This document shows positions 16,584-29,654 of a DNA stretch of 64,000 bases, one piece after another. The stretch's first letter is position 1, and every line of letters starts with the position of its first letter. Source of the DNA: Octopus vulgaris (lineage: Eukaryota); contig OX597814.1 of assembly GCA_951406725.2 (NCBI GenBank), positions 93,744,001-93,808,000 on the forward strand. Reading direction: 5' to 3'. Under the pieces are notes generated by a model. It worked only from the letters and a program-made list of their open reading frames with translations, was not told the DNA's origin and made no database searches. The position numbers were made by a program, and so were the translations under genes.

Positions 16584-16638
16584 GTATGTATATATACTTG
16601 GAAATTGATGCGTGGCGTTCGATCATATAATAATATAA

Positions 16639-16686
<48 letters not shown>

Positions 16687-17405
16687 CAGATATACATACA
16701 TACATGTACATACCTACATATATATGTCACATATACATGCATATATAGGTACAGGACGTCAAAAATACGTGAACAAAATGAGAAACGAGAACAATAAAAA
16801 ACAAAAGCATAGAAAACAAACATTTTCGAACAACGAAAGAAACAAATAGAGAAACAAGACAGGCAACATAAAGAACATTCCCGCGATTCGAAGGTAGGGA
16901 GTTCGAAACGCAAAGTAGATAAAACAGGGGACAAGTGACGAAGGGAATATTCTTTATGTTGCCTGTCTCGTTTCTCTATTTGTTTTTTTCATTGTTCGAA
17001 AAAAAGTTCGTTTTATATGCTTTTGTTTTTTATGTGCTAGTTTCTCATTTTGTTCAAGTTTTTTTACGTCCTGTACCAATATGTGCTGCTATATATACAC
17101 ATATATGCCGGCATGTACATTTAACTGTGTATATATGCATATATATTATTTATATAATATCTCTCTATATATATATGTGTGTGTATGTGAGTTTGTGTAC
17201 TTGTATGTACACACACATATATATGTATAATATATATTTGTACGTGCATGTATATACATATACACGGAAAGTAATGTATGAATACACACATACACACACA
17301 CATAATTATATATATATGTACATACACATACACGAACACACAGGCACACATATACATACATAAATATATACACATACATAAAGTCATGTATGTATATACG
17401 TATCC

Positions 17406-17439
<34 letters not shown>

Positions 17440-17454
17440 TTCTATATATGTATA

Positions 17455-17505
<51 letters not shown>

Positions 17506-17677
17506 GCACTTTCATATGCGCATATATGTATATGAATGCGTATAAAAATATTTAAGTATACATGCAGAAAATATATACCTTTCTATATTATATATATATA
17601 TATATATACATATATATATTCGTACATACAAACATGCATACATACATATATGTATATATATAGACATGTATATATAT

Positions 17678-17751
<74 letters not shown>

Positions 17752-18163
17752 TTATGTCTATTGTGACATAATGAATGCTTAATTCAGTCTGACAGACTGG
17801 ATAATACACCTCACGTGAAATTTCAGCAAATTACAATACCTGTTATACTCTACAAATATATTGAGTAATTTATTTGGTGAAAGTTAGTCTCTTTTATGTT
17901 CTTTAAATCACTCATTTTAAATGTATATATATATGTCTATGTAAAGCTTCTCACACTCACACACACACATATATATATATTCATAAGCATACACATAAAT
18001 GTAATCTCACAAAAATATATATGGACATATATTCATGTGCACACACACAATATATGCACACGTATGTGTGTGTGTGTGTATGTATACATACAACCACAAA
18101 TTCCACACATATATTTTTTTGTGTGTGCATGTATGTAAGCACAGAGACATGACTATGTGCAGT

Positions 18164-18202
<39 letters not shown>

Positions 18203-18346
18203 GTGTGTGTGTGTGTGTGAAAATAGGCACATATATGCATATCCGTTTTGTGATATTTACACCAAGAGATGTACATACCGGTTTAGATGCTTGTATATAT
18301 GTGTGTAAATAAACACACACACATACATATATATATATGTATATAT

Positions 18347-18403
<57 letters not shown>

Positions 18404-18780
18404 GATATCACTGTATGTATTTATAAATGTATATAAGTACGTATACTAACATTTATATACATCTGTTTTCACACGCTTATTCCATAAACACACAAACATA
18501 CTCTTATGTACATATAAGAAATCATATAAGTATAAATACAAAGGAAAAAAATTATTCAATCACTAATGTTGAGTTATATATATATAGAGCTGTTTTTATT
18601 TTTCGTGAACCATAATTTCACATCTCGTAAAACCGAGTTATTCTTTTCTTACTTATTAACTTACTTCTTGAATATGTGATACAAGATTCTCAGAGTAACG
18701 ATTTGTGAAGTTTCAGCTTGTAATAAAATGCTCTCTCTGTGTCTGTCATATATATATATATGTATGTATATATGCATGTA

Positions 18781-18841
<61 letters not shown>

Positions 18842-19265
18842 GTATGCACGTGTGTATATATATATGTATGTATACACGTATGGATATATATATATATATA
18901 CAAATATAAATATACCTACTCCCATACACGTACGTATAAATACATAAATATATGGATATATATAAACACGTATATTTATAAGTTTATGTATTATATTTAC
19001 ACCTATATACATATGTATTAATATACATATACCAATGTATATATTGATGTGTGTACTTGTGTGTTCGTGTTTGTAAACACACATACACATGCAGACTCAT
19101 AAACATGCATGCACACACACATACATGCCAGCATGCGCATAGAGCAACTGTAATATATAATGTATATTACATATGTTCTCCAAATTTGCACGAAACACCT
19201 ACACCAAAACACATAACTACACCACACACACACACCTACACCCAAACACACACCTACAGCCAAAT

Positions 19266-19333
<68 letters not shown>

Positions 19334-19540
19334 ATATATATATATAAGCATATATATGCATATATATATACATATATATATATACTCACATATACCTACA
19401 TACATGTATACATACATATATATTCATATACATATACATATGTGTGTTTGTGTGTTTGTGTATGTATATCTCTATAAATACATACATACATATATATATA
19501 TACATATATGTATATATATATTTATATATATATATGTATG

Positions 19541-19580
<40 letters not shown>

Positions 19581-20207
19581 ATTTGATTTGATTTTCGAGA
19601 TAATGTATATCTCAGGAGTTCAATTAATAATTTTACGAAAACTTACAATTTCTGTAAACCAAGCTATATATTCGTCCCTGTGAAGAACTACGAACGTCTT
19701 TTTTTAGCTATTGCATTTGTTTTGTATATTTGCTTAGAACCAGATTAAATGTTTGTTAATATTAAAGGTGTTTTGATTTCTTTACAATTTCGTTCTTCGT
19801 TTTCTTATATTAACCTCCACTATTTTTATACTTTCGGTCGTTTGGGGTTGGATGGATCAAATTTATTGTGTTTGATATGATACGATTCATAATATAATTT
19901 ATATATAACCTGTTTTTTCAGAAAAAAATTACAGCTACTGGTCACATTGCCCGATGTTTATTTGATTTAGTGCAAAATCTTACCTTCATAGACACACACA
20001 TTCACACACACATACATACACACACACAAAAAACACACACATAACAGACACATGCATTCATATATAAGTATACATGCATACACACACACATATATATAAG
20101 AGTTAATTAGATTATATATTTACCTCTTAAAGGGGTGATTACATCCGAGGAATACTGGTTCTATATTTATATTTATATATATATACATACATGCATACAT
20201 ACATACA

Positions 20208-20255
<48 letters not shown>

Positions 20256-20312
20256 CATGTAAGAAGTTGATCAATGGTATTAAATGGTCATAGTTTAATT
20301 GTAGCTAAAATA

Positions 20313-20394
20313 AAATTTACAGCTGTTTCAGTTTATTACTCTTGAGGAAAATTTGCTTTTATCTTGTCCCATGTAACAAACATCGTCAGAACTT
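20313..20394 (-). ncRNA. Type I hammerhead ribozyme motif (intact core)
   Basis: Reverse complement: AAGTT-CTGACGA-T GTTTGTTAC..(32 nt)..GTAATAAAC T-GAAAC-AGCT-GTA-AATTT. Stem I is 5 bp with one G-U, stem II is 9 bp, and stem III has a palindromic loop. Confidence 0.75.
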
Positions 20395-20476
20395 GACTCT
20401 AAAACCACATTAAATGTTCATACAGCACCAGGAGAGAAGACAAAGAGGCAACATAAACTAGCAAAAATTACTGGAT

Positions 20477-20536
20477 AATACTAGATCTCGTATTTCTGAC
20501 TTTGCATAAGAAATGCTTTGCTCTCATCAGTGGAAT
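20477..20536 (-). ncRNA. Degenerate type I hammerhead motif (copy A of a three-copy local repeat)
   Basis: Reverse complement: ATTCCA-CTGATGA-GAGC..GTCA-GAAAT-ACGAG-ATC-TAGTAT. Core boxes are intact and stem I is partly mutated. Confidence 0.5.
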
Positions 20537-20846
20537 ACACTCAGATAGTACATAAATACAAATATATATATATATATATATAGAACATACGATATACTTA
20601 CATATACGAACGTACATATATATATATATATATATGCATGTATGCACACGACCAGCTTAAATTGCCCGCCTTAAAACTCCTCGTGCGATATGGTCAGAAT
20701 AAACATCGCAGTGAATATAATTACGAAATGCATATATAAATTTATATAAATAATGATAAGATCGATATTTAAAATACCGATCCTATCAGGTGGCTAGCAT
20801 GGGAATAAAAACCTTTCAAAGGTAATAATTATAATTATGATTTAGG

Positions 20847-20884
<38 letters not shown>

Positions 20885-20907
20885 GTATTTATGTGCTATC
20901 TAAGTGC

Positions 20908-20957
20908 ATTCCACTGATGAAGGCAAAGCATTCCTTATGCAAAGCCAGACCTGGAAT
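20908..20957 (+). ncRNA. Degenerate hammerhead motif (copy B, GAAA/stem III deleted)
   Basis: ATTCCA-CTGATGA-AGGC..GCCA-GAC-C-TGGAAT. Stem I (ATTCCA/TGGAAT) is retained but the GAAA/stem III segment is missing relative to copies A and C. Confidence 0.45.
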
Positions 20958-21300
20958 TTTCCAGTAATTTTTTTGCTAGCTTATTTTGTCTCTTTGTCTT
21001 CTCTCCTGCTGCTGTATGAACATTTAATGTGGTTTTAGAGTCAGGGTTTGACTGCTATTTCCAGCATAGAGGTATCTCTGAGATACTTTAACTTATAATT
21101 TTAAATAATTATTACCTTTGAAAGATTTTTATTCCCATGCTAGCCACCTGAGAAAATCGGTATTTTAAATATCGATCTCATCCTTATTTATATAAATTTA
21201 AATATTTATTTCGTCATTATATTCACTACGGTGTTTATTCTGAACATATCGCACGAGGGGGTTTTAGGCGGGCAATTTAAACTGGTCGTGTGCATACGTG

Positions 21301-21363
<63 letters not shown>

Positions 21364-21449
21364 TGGTTGTATACTGTCAATCTAACACGAACGTGACAAT
21401 TACCAGATAATACTCAATCACATACTTTATTACAACCCCTATCTCAATT

Positions 21450-21484
<35 letters not shown>

Positions 21485-21501
21485 GTGTATGTATATCGTA
21501 T

Positions 21502-21547
<46 letters not shown>

Positions 21548-21568
21548 GTGTATGTATATCGTATGTTG

Positions 21569-21599
<31 letters not shown>

Positions 21600-21624
21600 T
21601 TGTATTTATTTACTATCTGAGTGT

Positions 21625-21684
21625 ATTCCACGGATGAAGGAAAAAGTGTTTCTTATGCAAAGCCAGAAATCTGGGATCTGGAAT
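21625..21684 (+). ncRNA. Degenerate type I hammerhead motif (copy C)
   Basis: ATTCCA-CgGATGA-AGG..GCCA-GAAATC-TGG-GATC-TGGAAT: 6-bp stem I, AUC cleavage triplet, one core substitution. Confidence 0.55.
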
Positions 21685-21945
21685 TATCCAGTATTTTTTT
21701 CTTTTGCTAGTTTATTTTGTCTCTTTGTCTTGTCTCCTGGTGCTGTATGAACATTTAATGTGGTTTTAGAGTCGAGTTTTCACTGCTATTTCCAGCGTGG
21801 TATCTCTTAGATACCCTAAATTATAATTTTAAATAATTATTACCTTTGAAAGGTTTTTATTCCCATACTAGCCACCTGATAGGATCGGTATGTAAAATAT
21901 CGATCTTATCCTTATTTATGTAAATTTATATAAATATTATATATA

Positions 21946-21993
<48 letters not shown>

Positions 21994-22059
21994 TAAATAT
22001 TTTCTACATATTATATTATATATTATATATATTATGATTTATTACATATATGCATATAC

Positions 22060-22147
<88 letters not shown>

Positions 22148-22164
22148 ATAAATTCTTTAATATT

Positions 22165-22422
22165 TTTGTATTTGTTTCAGTTATTTGACTGTGGTCATGC
22201 TGGGGCATCGCCTGTAGTCGCACAAATCGACCCCAAGACTTATTTATAAGCCTAGTACTTATTCTATGTGTTTCTTGTGCCGAACCGCTAGGTTACGGGT
22301 ACGTAAATACATCAACATCGGTTGTCAAGCGATGGTGGAGCAAAAACAACACACATACATATACATACATACATACATACATACATACATACGTGCATAC
22401 ATACGAACTTTCATGTGCATGA

Positions 22423-22467
<45 letters not shown>

Positions 22468-22625
22468 ACGGACTTGTTTCAATTTCCGTCTACAAATTCC
22501 ACTCACAACGGTTTGGTCGACCCGGGGTTATGGTAGAAGTCAGCCCAAGGTGCCATGCAGTAGGACTGAACATGGAACCATGTAGTTGGTTAGCAAGCTA
22601 CCTACAACACAACCTCTCCTGCGCC
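22165..22625 (-). mobile_element. tRNA-derived SINE (same family as 5705-6194)
   Basis: Colinear similarity including head, body and 3' tail. Confidence 0.85.
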
Positions 22626-22679
22626 TAATATATATATGTACGTGTGTATGTGTGTGTCTGTATTAAATAAAATAAGACA

Positions 22680-23400
22680 ACAAAGTCGAGGCTGTGTGGA
22701 ATTTTCAGGACATTTATAAATAGAAAGTTAGTCTTCCAGGTGCTTCTGGGATATTAAGGATATCCCTTTATCAGAGACGATGTGAGATAGTTAAGTAGAG
22801 GGAAATAGTAGAGCATAACATAAGGAGTTATTTCGGAAAAGGATACAAATAAGAAGCATAACGAAAAATAGAGGAATAAAAGTAAAAATGAAAATATATG
22901 TGGGGTGTTGTATTTGCAGTTCCATTATCCAAGGAATGTGGTGTGAAGAAGTGCTAGAAATTCTTCTTGTGTATGGTATGTAAATTCCGATAAGTGTTCA
23001 TATTTTGTCATTACAATTGGAAAGTGTGGAGACGTAGATGCCATTTGCTGTTCATTGGGACTTGTGGCGTGAATGAAGTTATGAGAATGTAATGGTAGTA
23101 TTAAGTAGATAGAGAGGAGGGAAAAAATGTGTATGGGAAAATGAGGAGAATGGTCAAATGGAATAGATGAGGAAAGAAGAAAGAATGAAAGAAAGAGGAA
23201 TAGGAAATGAAAAACGGTGTGTTAGTTGGTGGTCTTTATAATGAGGGGAATAGGAGAGGAGAGGGGAGCGACAGGAAGAGATAAGAATGTAAGGAATTAA
23301 TATGTATGAGGTGTGGGAGGTGGGGTGATACGTTTGTTTAACCGGCACTAAGGTGGAAGTATGGGTGCAGACAATTGTACAGGGGAATTTTTTAAAAATG
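22680..23400 (-). mobile_element. Non-coding repeat carrying a decayed hammerhead (probable Penelope-like pseudo-LTR); partial copies at 23775-23945 (same orientation) and 27640-28075 (opposite)
   Basis: Shared purine-rich segments (e.g. GTGTTAGTTGGTGGTC, TAAGAATGTAAGGAAT) in three places. Hammerhead remnant at 22731-22778. Confidence 0.6.
22731..22778 (-). ncRNA. Decayed type I hammerhead motif
   Basis: Reverse complement: GTCT-CTGATaA-A GGGATAT cctta ATATCCC A-GAAgC-AcCT-GgA-AGAC. Stems I and II are perfect, with four substitutions relative to the CTGATGA/GAAACAGCTGTA pattern. Confidence 0.55.
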
Positions 23401-23960
23401 AGTAGTAAACATCAAAAAGAAGGGAATAATAAGATATAATGGTCAATTCTCTTAAAAAGTTATAATATAATTGAGGGTATCTCGATACGTATATCTGACC
23501 TCTCATCCACTGAGGTAATATTCAATAACTATGCCCCAAATGACAACCATGCGATCGCTGCCATCGGCTTCTCCCAACAAATAAAATACATCTCTAATAC
23601 TTGGCTCAAGCAAAATATATCTTAAATCATATCACAACGACATGCCATCTATCAGAATCACAACAGACCACCCATTCACTATGCTAGAACATCGGGAGAA
23701 CCCAAATTAAGACATCTTAGACCCACACGCACACATACAACACTAGGTCAAAAGCAAAAGCAGCTAACACTTTAAATGAGGAGAATGGAGAATGGTCAAA
23801 AGGAATAGCTGAGGAAAGAAAAAGAAAGAAATAAAGAGGACAAAAAAATTAAAAACGGCGTGTTAGTTGGTGGTCAAGATATTATGAGTTGGATGGGAGA
23901 GGAGTAGGAGATGGACAGGAAGAGTTAAGAATGTAAGGAATGAATTTCCCCCTCTAATGC

Positions 23961-24040
23961 GGCCCTAGGTACATATAATGAAGCCCTAGGTACATATAAT
24001 GAGGCCCTATGTACATATAATGAGTCCCTAGGTACATAAA
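23961..24040. repeat. Minisatellite, ~21-bp unit (GCCCTAGGTACATATAATGAn) x ~4
   Basis: Directly visible tandem units. Confidence 0.9.
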
Positions 24041-24272
24041 ACCACTACTTTTTTCATACCTTCGAATTTTACCACAAATCTAAATGCACCCTAAATGACT
24101 ACACAGTATATATCCCGAACACCCCTTAGGTAATCTCCAGCAACCCTTTTACACTTTCCATTGTCTCCGTTTTTAATTTTTTTACTCGCCAATCTTATTT
24201 TTTACTTGTTTAATAATACATATATGGATATGTACACATGTATGCGTACATGTGTGTGGATATATATGTACA

Positions 24273-24394
<122 letters not shown>

Positions 24395-24497
24395 CATATA
24401 TACATATATAAATTTCTATATTTAGGAGATGAGGAATTACGTACATTATTATTTATATTATTTACATTTGACGATATTTGTCATCATCTTGTTTGTT

Positions 24498-24543
24498 AAC
24501 ACAATGTTTCGGCTGATATAAACCCTAGCCTTCATTAGGTGTC
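24498..24543 (-). ncRNA. Decayed minimal hammerhead motif with almost no stem III
   Basis: Reverse complement: GACAC-CTaATGA-A GGCTA..CAGCC-GAAAC-aTT-GTGTT. Stem I is GACAC/GTGTT and stem II is GGCT/AGCC. Confidence 0.5.
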
Positions 24544-24671
24544 TTGAGAAAATGTCGAACCTGGGGTTCTCATTCCTAAGGTATTTTTCGAAGTTATTAT
24601 TATTATTACTACTACTACTGCTGCTACAACATCAATAATAATAATAACAACAACAACAAGGCTGGAGGGTA

Positions 24672-25347
24672 TGGTGGTGAACCCTGCTGTAGTCTTTCAT
24701 CACAACTTTCTCTCACTCTTTCTTTCTGATTCTGTTGTACCTGTATTTCAAAGGACCAGCCTTGTCACACTCTGTGTCACGCTGAATCTCCCCGAGAACT
24801 ACGTTAAAGAAACACGTGTCTGAGAAATGCTCGGCCACTTGCACGTTAATAAATGAGCTGCAACATCACTGGTGCCAAGCTGTATCGGCCTTTGCCTTTC
24901 CCTTCGATAACATAAGTGGAGTGGAGAGGAGAAGCCGGAATGCACGGGTGACTGCTGGTCTTCCATAAACAATGTTGCCCGGACTTATGCATGACCATGA
25001 GATTGCAACTAGAAAGTTACCCTCCGAGGCATAAGTCCGGGCAAGATTGTTTATGGAAGACCAGCAGTCACCCGTGCATACCAGCCTCCCCTCTCCACTC
25101 CACTTATGTTATCGAAGGGAAAGGCAAAGGCCGATACAGCTTGGCACCAGTGATGTTGCAGCTCATTTATTAACGTGCAAGTGGCCGAGAATTTCTCAGA
25201 CATGTGTATCTTTAACGTAGTTCTCGGGGAGATTCAGCGTGACACAGAGTGTGACAAGGTTGGTCCTTTGAAATACAGGTACAACAGAATCAGAAAGAAA
25301 GAGTGAGAGAAAGTTGTGATGAAAGACTACAGCAGGGTTCACCACCA
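24672..25347. repeat. Near-perfect ~319-bp inverted repeat of a chimeric SINE with a 38-nt spacer
   Basis: 24672-24990 is the reverse complement of 25029-25347 with few mismatches. Confidence 0.92.
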
Positions 25348-25358
25348 CCCCCTGCCGG

Positions 25359-27210
25359 GGTTCGTCAAATATGAAATTTGTAGAAAAGTATAAAAAGCTT
25401 GCTAATCTATACATATAAATTTGACATGGGCGATTCTTTCTTGTCTTGGGATTCACGGTCAAATGACTGAGTGGAATTGCGCGAAAAATTACACAGGTGT
25501 ATAGAATAATGCGGTGGCGATGCTGGGATTTATATTTTTTCATATCTCCCATGGTTACCGAGATAATCTGCTATAATAATACTCTTGTGTTTATGAATGA
25601 GAAAGGAAGGGGTGATAGATGAATAAGGAAGGAAGAAGTGATGTCATACTTGGTAGTGGGATGATGAAAATTGTACGCTGAAAAAATAAACAAGGTTTCA
25701 ACTCTCTGTGTAAGTAAAAGGGAGGTATGTGAATGTGTGTGTGTGCGTGTGTCTGTGCGCGCAATGGAAGTGGGATGGTTCATCTTTTTCGCTCAGTATT
25801 TGGGTTTAGTTTTTGATTTGTTTGAATCCTGTTTTTTTTTTGTTGGTCAGTTATTTTTAGCGTTTTGACAGAAAAAGTCATTCTAAAATTGTCTTTTAAC
25901 GTCAGCGTGCCCAAACAAGTCGAATGCTTACATAGAGCAGGTTTTACAGCCACATCATCCAAACCGACCGGGTGAAACCGGGCTTTCCTGCTAGTGTTTT
26001 ATAAATATGAGGAATAGTTTTATTCATCAAAGTATGCACTCAAATTGTCAATACAATTTTGCCATTTTAGCGGCAGCTTGTTCAGCCCGGAACTGTAAAA
26101 GCCTGGCAATCTAGAATCAATAAAATCTTTGAAGGCCTGTTTTACAGCCTCGTCGGAATTAAGATTTTTTCCTATCAAAAAGTTATCCAGATTCCGGAAG
26201 AAGTGGTAATCAGCTGGGGCAAGATCAGGTGAATATGGTAGATGATGGAGAACTTCCAATTCCAACTCCTGTAGTTTCGCCAATGTCATGTTTACGATGT
26301 GTAGTCTGGCGTTGTCTTGCAATAAAATAAGAGTGGATTTGTCGACTAATCTAGGCTGTTTTCTTTTGTAAGTTTCTGCATCATTTGGTCCAGTTGGCTG
26401 CAGTATAGTTCGGCCATGATTGATGAGCCAGGTTTAATGAAATCATAATGGATCACACCTGTGCCAGACCACCAAACACACTATTGATGAATTTTACATT
26501 TTGAACTGTTTTGGTGGGTCGTCTTTGTCCAGCCATTCTGCTGAACATTTGCGGTTGTCGTATAGGATCCATTGCTCATCATATGTTACAATTCAATTCA
26601 AAAGTGATTCATTTTTGTGACGAGAAAGTAGCATAATGCAGGCTTCCAAATGTTGCTGTTTCTGATTTTCATGTGGAACCCACTTATCCAGCTTCTTCAC
26701 TTTACCGATTTGAACTAGGTGAGTCAATATTGTTTGCTTACTAAGACTAAACAACAACGATAATTCACGGCCACATTGAGATAGATCTTACTCGACGGTG
26801 GCTTTCAGTTTGTCATTATCCACCTTTCTTTCTGGTCGATCGCGTTGCTTATTTGCGAGGTCAAAGTTACCAGAACAAAATTTTGCAAACCAATTTGATA
26901 CTGTCTGCTGTGTAACAACATTAGAATGAAATACTCCATTAATATTCCGAGCTGTCTCTGATGTTGTATTTCTAAAAAAGAACTCGCATTTCAAAATTGT
27001 ATACATTTCCGACTTATCCCTCTCTAAACAAAACTAGCAAAAATAATGTATAAATACTTTATAAAGCGCAAAATGAGTCAGAATAAAGAAATAGATGTGT
27101 CAGCTTTCTAACAAAAGATAATGATTGTCAAAATATAATAATGGCACAAAATGAGCAGTTGTCCAATTTTTAATATATTCCTTACTACAAATTTCATACT
27201 TGACGACCTA
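25359..27210 (-). mobile_element. Degenerate mariner (Tc1/mariner) transposon with both TIRs, interrupted by a Helitron
   Basis: Transposase fragments QDNARLH, PYSPDLAPADYHFF and VSNWFAKFCSGNFDL. TIRs TCGTCAAATATGAAATTTGTAG (25362-25383) and CTACAAATTTCATACTTGACGACCTA (27185-27210). Confidence 0.88.
25406..25994 (+). mobile_element. Non-autonomous Helitron
   Basis: Starts A|TC, ends with the GC-rich hairpin CCGGGTGAAACCGG then CTAG|T. No target-site duplication. Confidence 0.8.
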
Positions 27211-27355
27211 AAATCTCTCTCTCTCTCTCTGTCTCTCTCTCTCTATATATATATGTGTGTGTGTGCGTGTGCATACATATGTATGCGTGTGTATGTGTGT
27301 GTCTGCACACAGGGGTATGTGTGTATTCATATATCTATGGGTGTGTGTGTGTGCA

Positions 27356-27393
<38 letters not shown>

Positions 27394-28083
27394 TGTGGGT
27401 TTAAGTACATAAGTATGCGAGCCTGTATAATAGTGCAAAAGCACAAGTGTATGCATGTGTGCATGCGCGTGCGTGCGTACATCAATATACACAGCTTTCT
27501 TTCTCTCACTGATTGCTCAGTCCCCATTATCACAGTAGCCAGTACAACAAACACCTCCGTCTATTTTTAGAAACTTGACCATTATATCTTACTATTCTTC
27601 CCTACCTTTTTGAGGTTTACTACTCACTTTATTAAACTCCTGTACCATTTTCTGTACCCATCCCTCCATCATAGTGCCTTTCAACACCCCACCTCCCACT
27701 CCTCTCACATATTCATTCCTTACATTCTTATCTCTTCCATCCCCTACTCCTCTCCCATCCAACTCATAATATCTTGACCACCAACTAACATGTCGTTTTT
27801 CATTTTTTCGTCCTCTTTATTTCTTTGTTTTTCTTACCTCATCTATTCCTTTTGACCATTCTCCTCTTTTTAATATACACATTCTTTCTCCCCTTTCTAT
27901 CTACTTAATACTACCACTACATTCTCAAAATTTTCATTCACACCACAAGACCCCTTTGAATGAACAGCAAATGGAATCTACATCTCCACACTTTCCATTT
28001 GTAATGACAATATATGATCTCTCATCGGAATTTGCATGCCATGGACAAGCAGCATTTCTACCACTTCTGCACACCATATATAT

Positions 28084-29290
28084 ATATGAAGGTCGAGTGA
28101 AAAGTTCAACCAAGATACTCTCATAGAATGTGAGAAAATAAGGTCTAGTTTTCAATATAGCTCTCCTTGCTCACTATACACTCACTTCTTCCATCGATAT
28201 TGGAGGGCTAGGATGGCATTGGTTAAGAAGCTTTTATCCTGTTGATCAAACGGTCACATCGACAGCAGATATGGCGTCATCATCACTGACATATTAGTTT
28301 CTAGCCATGTGTGTTTTCAGATTGGAGAATAGATGATTGAGCTAAATCGGGAGAATAGGGAGTGTGATCAACTAGTTCAAAGACACAGTCACGTACTGCA
28401 TCCATTGAAACGAAGGAATTTTGTGATGGAGCGCTGTCTTGATAAAAGAAGAGACCATTCACCAGTTCCGCTTTGTTAGCCTTTCGTAACTGCATCTCTA
28501 TGTTGGCATAATACTCTCCATCGGTGGCGTGGTCCTTTTAAAAGTAGTCATTAAACACAGTGCCTTTTGCATCACCAAAATCTGAGGCTATCATTTTAAT
28601 TGTAGATAAAACGACCTTGACCTTCTTTGGAGCAGATGAGGAAAGGTGCTTCCACTATATGCATTGTCTCATAGTTTCTGGCTCAAAAGAAACGTTAAAA
28701 AACCAGCTGAATTTGCCTCAAACAATATTAGATTTTCCTTTGATGTGATCATCTCGGTGCGCTATTGATTAAATGTAAGAAACTGTGGTACACACCGAGG
28801 TGAAATTTTTGTCATACCAAGTTTACTGTGCAGAATATTGTCAGCTCTCTCACAGGAAATGCTAGTAGAAATGGCTATTTGATTTAACGTCAATCGTCTA
28901 TCATCCATGTGGTGAACATGATCCCTGTTTTCTCCGGTAGTGGCGATTGCAGGACGCCCATTGGGTCGTTTTCAAGACTTTCTCTTCCACTCCTATATTC
29001 AGCTGAACACATTTGCACTCTGGGGTGTCATCCCCTAATGCAGCATCAATGTGAACATGAATGTGGTAGGGAGCTAAAGCCTTTTATTGCTTTTATTGTC
29101 AAATTTTGTCGATTTTCAAGAGAAGTCGTTTTTAGTTAGTTTTGAACTAACTGACTGGCATATGTTAGTTTACCTAAAAAGAAACAATGCAGTTATTAGA
29201 AAGAGTGGAAATTAATGCATACAAGTTTTAACAACACTAGCATCTCTCCTTCATAGTTAGCCTATGAACATTTCCGCCCACCCACGAATA
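28084..29290 (-). mobile_element. Degenerate mariner transposon
   Basis: Fragments FYQDSAPSQ and LVDHTPYSPDLA. TIR-like ends GAAGGTCGAGTGAAAAGTTCA and CCTATGAACATTTCCGCCCACCCACG. Confidence 0.8.
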
Positions 29291-29371
29291 TAAATTTATA
29301 TGCATGTGTATATTCAGTAATCTATGTATCTGTTACAACCTGTCTGTCTCTCTCTCTCTCTCTCATTCTTC

Positions 29372-29427
<56 letters not shown>

Positions 29428-29527
29428 GTGTTTGTATTCACTCCTTTCCCATGATTGAGCTAAATCATGAAATTTATCATTTATCATTATTCTGCTTTGA
29501 TTTCGCCTAATCTTTCATTAGAAGCGC

Positions 29528-29654
29528 AGACTCTGACGAAGATAGCATTAGTTATTTTAAGGCCGTTCAATTGTCCTCAGCCGGTCAATGGACTATTTGA
29601 GTAAATAGGTAATTTAACGAACTAGTTATGCCTTTTAGAAACAGCTGTATGTTG
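29528..29654 (+). ncRNA. Hammerhead motif with long (~98 nt) stem II insertion
   Basis: CTGACGA at 29533 and GAAAC-AGCT-GTA at 29638-29649. Partial stem II pairing (GCAT/ATGC, TAGTT/AACTA). Stem I is weak. Confidence 0.5.

Larger units (their letters stand above)
16260..22150. repeat. Compound microsatellite field with interspersed short repeats and fold-backs
   Basis: Directly visible (TA)n, (CA)n and (TACA)n runs. Confidence 0.9.

Noticed and set aside
23961-24040. Short regularly repeated units resembling a CRISPR array
   Set aside because: No unique spacers and no cas genes, in a eukaryotic context. It is a minisatellite.
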